Source: Eledone cirrhosa
Lineage: Eukaryota
Direction: 5' to 3'
NCBI GenBank assembly: GCA_964016885.1
Contig: OZ024741.1
Location: 354,392,001 to 354,456,000, forward strand
DNA: 64,000 nucleotides
Shown: piece by piece, positions 52,011 through 64,000 of the stretch
How the letters are laid out: each line of letters opens with the position of its first letter
Numbering within the stretch: position 1 is the first letter of the stretch
Position numbers and translations under genes: made by a program
The notes under the pieces: generated by a model
Databases searched by the model: none
The model's input: only the letters and a program-made list of their open reading frames with translations
What the model was told of the DNA's origin: nothing

Positions 52011-53929
52011 TATGGGCCATTGAGAAGATCAAACTCAATCCCAAAGTGTTCTTTTCATTTGCAAAAAAACACAAAATCACTGGCTCTACTGTTGGCCCTC
52101 TAATTGATGAAAATGGCACTCTTCAAGACAATGCTAAAACCATAGGTGAGATACTGCAGAAACAATACTGCTCTGTTTTCAGCAATCCTGATATGGCCGA
52201 TCTGGGCTGTATCGGCGATGTTACTCCCCATTACACCTTATCGGACATAACGTTTGGCGCCCCTGATGTCTTGGCGGCAATAAAGGAAATCAAGCATAAT
52301 TCAGCAGTAGGTCCCGATAGGTTCCCTGCTTGTGTCTTGAAGGCGTGTCAACACCAACTTGCTTCTCCTCTTGCCAATCTGTGGCGGAACTCACTGGATG
52401 CTGGATATGTGCCAGAAAACCTTCTATCCCAGTCTGTTGTCCCAGTTTTCAAAAAGGGAAACAAATCCCTTGCCGTGAATTACCGTCCAATCTCACTCAC
52501 CTCTCATATCATTAAGGTATTTGAGCGAGTGGTGAGATCGCGAATGACCCACTTCCTTGAGAGTAACAATATGCTGAACTCCAACCAGCATGGATTCCGT
52601 AATGGAAGGGATTGCCTGACGCAACTACTGCATCACTTTGATGACATTTTGAGAGCCTTGGGAGAGGGTTCCAACACTGATGTTATCTACCTTGATTTCA
52701 GCAAGGCCTTTGACAGGGTTGATCATAACATTCTACTGAGAAAGCTGTCCAATATTGGTGTCACTGGAAAGCTGCTGCAGTGGATCAAGAGCTTCCTGTC
52801 AAACAGAACCCAACATGTTGTAGTTGAGGGAGTCAAATCAAGCCCAGCCAAAGTCAGTAGTGGAGTCCCACAAGGCACTGTGTTCGGCCCACTTCTCTTC
52901 ATCATCTATATTAATGACATCACTGACATCATCAAACACAGCAACATTAAAATTTTCGCTGATGATTCCAAGCTCCAAAAGGTCATCAATGGCGTGGATG
53001 ACCGGATAAGCCTTCAGTCAGACCTACTGGCTGTTACCCAATGGGCAGAAAAGAACAACATGTTACTGAACGAAGACAAATTCGAACTGATCCACTTTGG
53101 AAAAGAGGATGCTCTGAAACTCCCGTACTCCCTTCCCTCCGGGGAAACTCTCGTGGCATCTAACAACATCAGAGACTTGGGAGTAACCATGGACAGCAAC
53201 ATAAGCTGGACCACGCATATAAGCAGCAAAGTTGACATGGCCCGCAGAATGTGTTCCTGGATCCTCGGAACCTTCCAGTCGAGAGATTCCCGCACCATTA
53301 TCCTTCTCTTCTCTACTTTCGCCCGACCACACCTTGAATACTGTTGTCCACTGTGGTCTCCCCACACGAAACAAAGTATCATGAAACTTGAAGCTCCTCA
53401 AAGGGCAATCACGAAAAAGATAGATGGCATGTCAGACCTTGACTACTGGGGTCGATTGGAAAACCTGAAACTTTACTCACTCCAACGTCGCCGTGAGCGT
53501 TATATTATCTGCATGATGTGGAAAATGTTCCATCATCACTGCCCAAATGATGTTGGCATCGCCTTCAAGATACACCCAAGGCTTGGGCCCCGTGCTATCC
53601 GTCCCATTCAAAAATCTAAATCGCAACTCATAACAACAATACGGCACAATTATTTCACCTCAATCGGCCCTGCTCTCTTCAACATCACACCAGGACACGT
53701 CAAAACAGAAACTGACCACACAAAATTCAAGAAGTCTTTGGACAAATTCCTCCAAGTAATCCCGGACAAACCACCCACACCCGGATATGTCTCCGCAAAC
53801 AGTAATTCTCTTCTCGAATGGGCCATGGTGCCCAAATCCTGAATTGAAAGACTTCGCCAGGTGGTGCTATTAAGTTAGACATGGCCTGGGCCAATACTGG
53901 CCAAAACATTTCAAAGTTATTCAAAGTTA
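52011..53929 (+). mobile_element. CR1-like LINE (second family), 5'-truncated, RT ORF open to 53842
   Basis: [41 protein letters not shown]; tail ttcaaagttattcaaagttat; tatatatgtctat on both flanks. Confidence 0.93.
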
Positions 53930-53991
53930 TATATATATGTCTATATATATATATGTGTGTGTGTATACATATATATATATATGTATATATG

Positions 53992-54064
<73 letters not shown>

Positions 54065-54111
54065 GTATATATATGTATATATATATATATATATATATGT
54101 GTATATATATA

Positions 54112-54160
<49 letters not shown>

Positions 54161-54161
54161 G

Positions 54162-54198
<37 letters not shown>

Positions 54199-54400
54199 GT
54201 GTGTATATATATACATGTATATATATGTATATATATATATATATATATATGTGTATATATATATATATGTGTATATATATATATATATGTCTATATATAT
54301 ATATATGTGTGTATACATATATATATATAGACATATATATATATATGTATATATACATATGTGTGTATATATATACATATATATATATATATATGTGTAT
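53930..54400. repeat. Compound (TA)n microsatellite
   Basis: Direct inspection. Confidence 0.95.
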
Positions 54401-54456
54401 ATAAAATATTAAACAAATAATGAATAAACAATTCCTTATATTAAACAAAAAAAGTT

Positions 54457-54607
54457 CATTATTTAACGATCGTTTCTAGGGTATATATGTGTTATAATTG
54501 GTATGCATATTCAACAGATCTATGTACAAAATTATACAAAATTATACAAATTATCAAGATTAAATATACATACCTAACACATATATACGCCGTCTTCAGA
54601 AATAATC
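54457..54607 (-). ncRNA. Mirror copy of the hammerhead motif, sense to the HEATR5B pre-mRNA
   Basis: Exact reverse complement because of the palindrome; stem I is 7 bp. Confidence 0.7.
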
Positions 54608-54757
54608 ATTATTTCTGAAGACGGCGTATATATGTGTTAGGTATGTATATTTAATCTTGATAATTTGTATAATTTTGTATAATTTTGTACATAGATCTGT
54701 TGAATATGCATACCAATTATAACACATATATACCCTAGAAACGATCGTTAAATAATG
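54607..54757 (+). ncRNA. Type I hammerhead ribozyme motif with extended stem II
   Basis: Stem I CATTATTT(54607-14)/AAATAATG(54750-57); CTGAAGA 54615-21; GAAA 54738-41; palindromic stem III ACGATCGT; GUU triplet with predicted cleavage after 54749. Confidence 0.75.
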
Positions 54758-54946
54758 AACTTTTTTTGTTTAATATAAGGAATTGTTTATTCATTATTTG
54801 TTTAATATTTTATCTTGACTCTGTATACCGTTTATCTTTCACCGAAAGTGGATTTTCATTACATCTCTTCTTTCCATGATATCCGGAATACATTGAGTTC
54901 TTCATACGGATTGGACACTACCGTAAACTCTTGGTAGATTTATCTA

Positions 54947-57492
<2,546 letters not shown>

Positions 57493-57493
57493 T

Positions 57494-59620
57494 ATCATCA
57501 TCATCATCATCATCACCGTTTTACGTCCGTTCTTCCACGCTAGCATGGGTTAGACGGGTTGTCCTGTTGTGGGCAGTGTCTGGTCGTCTGACCATGCCTT
57601 GCTAATACAGGAACTGATTTGGCTTGATTTCTACAGCTGGATGCCCTTCCTAACACCAACCTCATTTACAGCTATATCCGATGCAGCTATACCCGATGGA
57701 CCGGTTGCCTTCCCCATCTTCATATCTTTGATTGCCTTACTTACTATGCTGCTGCTGACTTGTACTGCTGGCCCCTCTATAGGGTCTACTTAGGGTAGGG
57801 TCTCTTCTTCCCATGCATTCTCCTCATTTAGTAATCTATCATAATGACTCTTCCATGCATCTTTCTTCTCAGCACTTGTGAGGGCAAGCTCACCTTTATC
57901 ATTCCGGATACACTTCTCTCCAATGACATCACAATTCTCTCTGACACACTGCCTCGCAATCTTGAACACTTCCTGTTTCTGGTCCTCACGTTGCAAAACA
58001 TGCTCGAATTTTCTATCCTCTGCTTCCCTCCTAGCTAAGTATACTTGTCGCCTAGCTTCCCTCTTGGTCTCTATGTAATGTACCCTGCTCCCCCCGTTCT
58101 TCCATTCTTTCCATGCCTGTCTCTTGGCCTTAACTGCCTCATCTACCTTATTGTTCCACCACCAAGTCACTCTCCTCCTGCTTGTGGTCTTACTCCAGCC
58201 ACAGACCTCATCCGTCGCCTCTCGTAAGTTATTTTTTAGGAACTCCCAGTGCTCTTCTACATTGAATGTCTCTATCTGTTCTTCTTTACTGTCGTAGGCG
58301 TTGAGTAAAATATCTCTAAATCTGTTACTGGTTGAGGGGTCTTTCAGCGTCCAGATCTTTCTTCTCCAGGTTGGCCTCTGTTTCCAGGTTCGTTTAGTTC
58401 TGACTGTGAGGTCGCTGACAACTAAGCTATGTTGGGATGTACATTCCTCACTAGGGAAGGCTTTTGTGTTTACGACCGTCCATCTGTCACATCCTCTGAT
58501 GAGGATAAAATCTATCTGACTAGAATGCTCCCCTGATCTATAGGTGATCAGGTGGTTGTCGGGTTTTTTGAAGTTTGTGTTATATATCGACATGTCATTG
58601 GCGTCGCAGAATTCTAGAAGTCTGAATCCTTCCTCATTTCTTGTGCCAACCCCATGGCCTCCATGGACTCTATTGAAGCCGTCGCAGTGTTTACCTACGT
58701 GTCCGTTAAAATCTCCTGCGATGATTAGGAAGTCATTGTCGTTTGTTAGAGCGGTAGTGTGCATTAGGGACTCGTAAAACCTATCTTTAAGTTTGTCTGG
58801 CAACCCCGATTGGGGTGTGTAAGCTGATATTATTGTGGTAATTGTTTTATTCAGTCTGAGTTTAATGATTCTTGCATTTACCCTGTACACTGAGATTACT
58901 TTATCTACCCACTTGTCAGCTAGTAGTATACCCACACCACCCATCCCATCGTCATTTCCCACCCAGAAAAATTTGTAGCACCGACTTTTTCCTACAAGGA
59001 CTCTAGAAGACTCTACTCTCCATCTAGTCTCTTGCACACAGCATACATCAATTTCCTTTCGCTCTAGCATTTCTACGATTTCTCCTGCTCTTCCTTTCAT
59101 TGTGCTTACATTGATGGTAACAACTCGGAGTTTTGGGCATTTGTCGACACTCGTAGGGAAGGGTCGATTTTTGCAGGGGTGCGTGTGTGCTTTCTCTCTC
59201 TGGATTGGCGCTTCACATGGGTGATTGGTAGCTCGCGGATTCATATTTCATCTATTAATTCAGAGTTGCTCAAATTTATTCTCATCCATCCATAACGGTA
59301 GGAAAATTCAGGGCTAGAAGAACAGTGGTGGTGGAATAATGGCAGGGTGTGTTGGGCTGGGACAGGGGAGGAGTGAGTTAGTTAGGTAGTAGTAGTAGTA
59401 GAAGAAATGGCATGCTGAGGTTTGATTGGTCGAATAGGCTATGGTGGTGTGAGGGGTTGGGTGGGAGGGAAATTGTGAGGTAGAGAGAGGGTCGCCGTCA
59501 AGGTGATAGAACTAACCGATAGAATACAGCATGGCAAAGTAGCCGATAGAATACAGCAACAATAATATTAATAATAACAGCCAGTCATGGCCTGTAGCCT
59601 TTGATGGAAAAATAGACAGA
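57494..59620 (-). mobile_element. RTE-clade LINE, second subfamily, internally deleted: 5' UTR + APE endonuclease ORF (59244-57790) joined to the 3' tail, no RT
   Basis: APE motifs TINV, VQETRW, GDFNGHVG, QIDF, SQH; coding similarity ends at GKATGPSGIA (about 57675), then gtaaatgaggttggtgttaggaagggcatcc tail and (GAT)n. Confidence 0.88.
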
Positions 59621-59634
59621 GTCATATATATATA

Positions 59635-60625
59635 TCATCATCATCATCATCAACGTTTAACGTCCGTGTTCCACGCTTGCATGGGTTTGGACGGGGGTAG
59701 TCCCACTTGAGGCAAGAGTGATTGTCTTGCTCGCATAGGACTGTCTGGCAGGTTTTCTACAGTTGGATGCCCTTCCTAACACCAACCACATTTACAGTGT
59801 GGGTCTGGGAGGTTTTTACCGTGTTGCCTACACGGCCACATTACAGCGTGGACTGTGTGTTTTTTTGTCGTGACACCTACACGATCTCATTTGTTTCGGC
59901 CTCGATGGCGCGGCACCAACATAACTTTACATAGAACGGGGTGGTGTGGATGGGGTGGGGGTGGTGGTGGTGGGACGGGGTGTATTTTGTTAGAGATGCC
60001 TACTGGCTGGAGTAGGTTTTACTATATATTTAGGTAAGGCGGGTCTTCTCTGTTACTGAGTACCGCCAAAGGTCTCGGTCCAGTGACATTGTCTTGGAGA
60101 GGTGTAAGTGTGTGATGTCGGAGTTTATCAGCTCGTCCTAGGTTTTTCTAGGTCTGCCTATTCCGTGACTACCGTCTATCTTTATTGCCCTGCACTTTGT
60201 TATACAGCTATCGACTTTCATGCGCATCACGTGTCCATACCAACGTAGCCTTCTCTCGAGTAAACAACATCTGATCCCTCTTATCTCTAATTTTTTCCTT
60301 AGTTCGTTTATGCTTTGCCGTTCACGTATATTACTGTTACACATCCAGCGGAGCATGCAAGCTTCGTTCCTCTCTAGTCTGCGTATATCCTCTGCACACA
60401 ATGCCCAGGTCTCACTGCCATGCAGCATTGCTGTTCGTATGCAGGCATCGTACAACCTGCCTTTCATTTTTAGTGGGAACCCTTTAGCAGCTAATAGTGG
60501 TATAAGCTCTCTGAACTTTTTCCAACCAGTTCTGACTCTAGCTACAGTACTTTCAGAGCACCCTCCCCCACTGCTGATTTTATCGCCCAGGTAACGGAAG
60601 CTGTCCACTATTTCTATAGATCCAC
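59635..60625 (-). mobile_element. RTE-clade LINE 3' fragment
   Basis: GSIEIVDSFRYLGD through 3' UTR; nearly identical to the 56511 copy. Confidence 0.95.
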
Positions 60626-60760
60626 TATATATATATATATATATATTTATAAGCAATTCTTTGCTTAAACTTTAATCTGTTATTTTAATAAATATATATA
60701 TATATAAATATATATATATATGTGTGTATATATATATAAATATATATATATATGTGTGTG

Positions 60761-60835
<75 letters not shown>

Positions 60836-60844
60836 ATATATATA

Positions 60845-60875
<31 letters not shown>

Positions 60876-60908
60876 GTGTGTATATATATATATATATGTG
60901 TGTATATA

Positions 60909-60939
<31 letters not shown>

Positions 60940-60982
60940 GTGTGTATATATATATATATATGTGTGTATATATATATGTGTG

Positions 60983-61035
<53 letters not shown>
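60626..61035. repeat. (TA)n/(TG)n microsatellite with a short unique insert
   Basis: Direct inspection. Confidence 0.9.
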
Positions 61036-61038
<3 letters not shown>

Positions 61039-64000
61039 ATTTTTTGTTATTGCTTGTTAAATACGAAGTTTTTGTCGTAGTTTACTAAACAAATCTTGTA
61101 TTTTTGTTATCGCTTGTTAAATACGAGGATCTTACTTAAACCTATTCTTCTCGCTAACAACTCAACACCCCTCCCGCCCGCCCCCACGCACCACCATTAT
61201 TATTACGTAGACCAATCATAAGCCAGAGGCCTATACTATCGCTTACCTGGTCGCCTTCGATATGACGGATGGAAGGACTACGGAATTCCGGAGAGTTGAA
61301 GAGAGAAAAATCTGGACGCTCAGCGACAATGCCAAAGATAAAGACAAATTCACCTCGTGAACGAGAATGCGAGCATTCCTCTTTGTTTCGGCCGCGGATG
61401 GCTAACATAACCCCATCTCCCCCCGCTCCCCACCGCTCCCACCCTCCAAACGCAATCCAAAACTTCAGAGTTGGTACCATGAATGTAGGCACCTTAAAGG
61501 GTCGCTCTAACGAGGTTGTAGAAATGCTTGAACGTAAGGAGGTCGATGTTTGTTGTATTCAAGAGACCAGGTGGAGGGGTGGGTCTGCTAGATTCATTGT
61601 GGGTAAAAAACGATGCTATAAGCTTTTCTGGGTGGGAAATGACAATGGGCTGGGTGGAGTAGGATTCATGGTAGCAGAAAAGTGGGTAGATAAGATAATA
61701 GACGTAAATAGAGTGAACGACAGAATAATTAAAATAAGACTTGTCCTCAGTAGAACGACGGTGACAGTAATATCTGAGTACGCACCCCAATCCGGACTGC
61801 CCGGCACTATAAAAGACAGATTCTATGAGATACTGATGCTCACTACCTCCCAAATAACCGACAGTGACTATATAATTATTGCAGGCGACCTAAATGGTCA
61901 CGTTGGACAACATTGTGACGGCTACGACGAAATCCATAGAGGCTATGGGTTTGGTACTAGAAATAAGGAAGGCTCCAGAATCCTGGAATTCTGTGACGCA
62001 AATAACCTAACTATCTGTAACACTAACTTCAAAAAACGTGACAATCACCTGATCACCTATAGATCGGGGGAACACACAAGCTAGGTAGATTATATCCTTA
62101 CCAGAAGACGTGACAGAGTGTCTGTTGTAAACACTAAATCCCTCCCCCATGAAGAATGCACCTCCCAACATAGACTGATAATTAGCGACCTAATAGTCAG
62201 GACGAGACGTACTAGACAACAGAAGAGGACTATCCTCAGGAGAAAAATATGGAAGCTAAAGGACCCCACAGCCAGAAATAAATTCAAAAGTATACTACTT
62301 GATGCTTTCGACAGTAAGGAAGAGCAATTAGAGTCGTACAATATAGAGGAGCAGTGGGAATTCCTGAAAGCAAACCTGCTGATGGCGGCAGACGAAGTCT
62401 GTGGCTGGAGCAGGCCTGTAGGCAGGAGGAGAGTAACATGGTGGTGGAACAGTAAGGTGGAGGGGTCAATTAAGGCCAAAAAGCAGGCTTGGAAAGTATG
62501 GCGGGATGGGGGAAGCAGAGAAGACTATCAAGTGGCCAGGAGGGAAGCTAGGAGACAAGTGTACTTTGCAAGAAGGGAAGCAGAGGAAAGAAAGTTCAAG
62601 CATGTTCTACAACGCGAGGACCAAAAACGTGAGGTGTTCAGGATTGCTAGGCAATATGTCAAGGAAAACCGTGATATTGTCGGGGAGAAGTGTGTACTTA
62701 ATGATGACGGCGTACTTGCCATCACCGACGGTGATAAGAAGGTAGCTTGGAAGTGTCACTATGAAAGGCTACTAAATGAGGAGAATAAATGGGAGAAAGA
62801 CAGTCTCCCCCACATCGACCCAATAGAGGGACCAGCAGTGTTAGTCGAGGGTAGTATAATAAGTAAGGCAATCAAAGATATGAAGACGGGTAAGGCGGCT
62901 GGACCTTCGGAAATAGTTGCCGAGATGCTGAAGGCATCTGGTACGGTGGGACACACCATGGTCACCCGGATAGTTAACCAAGTCGTACAGAATGGGGTTG
63001 TTCCGAAGGACTGGCGTAGCAGCATCATCGTTAACTGTTATAAGGGTAAAGGAGATGCCCTAGATAGGAGTAACTATAGAGGCATTAAATTAATCGACCA
63101 GGTCATGAAGGTCCCGGAAAAAGTAATAGCGCAACTAATCAGAGAGAGAATTGATCTAGATGAAATGCAGTTCGGGTTTGTGTCAGAACTGGATGGAAAA
63201 AGTTCAGAGAGCTTATACCACTATTAGCCGCTAAAGGGTTCTCCCTAAAAATGAAAGGCAGGTTGTACGATGCCTGCATACGAACAGCAATGTTGCATGG
63301 CAGTGAGACCTGGGCATTGTGTGCAGAGGATATACGCAGACTAGAGAGAAACGAAGCTTGCATGCTCCGCTGGATGTGTAATAGTAATATACGTGAACGG
63401 CAAAGCATAAACGAACTAAGGAAAAAATTAGAAATAAGAGGGATCAGATGTTGTTTACTCGAGAGAAGACTACGTTGGTATGGTCACGTGATGCACATGA
63501 AGGACGATAGCTGTATAACAAAGTGCAGGGCAATAAAGATAGACGGTAGCCACGGAATAGGCAGACCCAGAAAAACCTGGGACGAGCTGATAAATTCCGA
63601 CCTCACACGCTTACACCTCACCAAGACAATGTCACTGGACCGAGACCTTTGGCGGTACTCAGTAATAGAGAAGACCCGCCTTACCTAAATACAAAGTAAA
63701 ACCTACTACAGTCAGTAGGCATCTCTAACAAAATACACCCCCGTCCCACCACCCCCACCCCATCCACACCGCCCCTTTCAATGTAAAGTTATGTTGGTGC
63801 CACAACATCCAGGCCGAAACAAATGAGATCGTGTAGGTGTCACGTCAAAAAAAGCACACAGTTCACGCTGTAATGTGGCCGTGTAGGCAACACGGTAAAA
63901 ACCTCCCAGCCCCACACTGTAAATGTGGTTGGTATTAGGAAGGGCATCCAGCTGTAGAAAACCCGCCAGATAGTCTTATGCGAGCAAGATAATCACTCTT
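61036..64000 (+). mobile_element. RTE-clade LINE with 5' UTR and APE domain, premature stop at 62082-62084 and an 811-bp internal deletion of the RT core
   Basis: APE motifs TMNVGTL, IQETRW, GDLNGHVG; junction tttgtgtcag|aactgg at 63186; 3' UTR runs off the window; 5' boundary approximate. Confidence 0.93.

Larger units (their letters stand above)
54401..54946 (+). mobile_element. Penelope-like pseudo-LTR fragment with inverted 5' duplication (perfect palindrome 54401-54813)
   Basis: 206-bp arms around a single C at 54607; contains a hammerhead motif; the right arm continues about 130 bp into unique sequence; no RT or GIY-YIG ORF present, so the family call is inferred. Confidence 0.7.

Noticed and set aside
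61036-61270. Search for an HDV-like ribozyme in the RTE 5' UTR (known from some RTE elements)
   Set aside because: Only a ~30-bp direct repeat and small hairpins were visible. I could not build the nested double pseudoknot by eye; an RNAMotif or Infernal search is needed.

Overview
AT-rich animal genomic DNA. The SINE/LINE repertoire and long (TA)n arrays suggest a coleoid cephalopod, probably an octopus (inference). The window lies within one minus-strand gene, an orthologue of HEATR5B (Laa1/p200 family, AP-1 accessory HEAT-repeat protein). I traced 13 phase-consistent GT-AG coding exons (2085 nt, 695 codons, 47418 down to 4043) plus a candidate 33-nt in-frame microexon at 417-449. The first coding exon was not found and probably lies beyond the right edge. 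The introns are full of mobile DNA: several copies of a young RTE-clade LINE with a PHD-type zinc finger inside its RT region, a full-length CR1-like LINE with an 18-bp TSD, a second CR1-like LINE, CRE-like RLE fragments, a Tigger/pogo relic, piggyBac-type and hAT-type MITEs, and tRNA-derived SINEs. The 49-64 kb region is a nest of retroelements inside (TA)n microsatellites. The most striking object is a perfect 413-bp palindrome (54401-54813). Each arm encodes a Penelope-type type I hammerhead ribozyme motif with an unusually long stem II, and one copy is in the sense of the host pre-mRNA.
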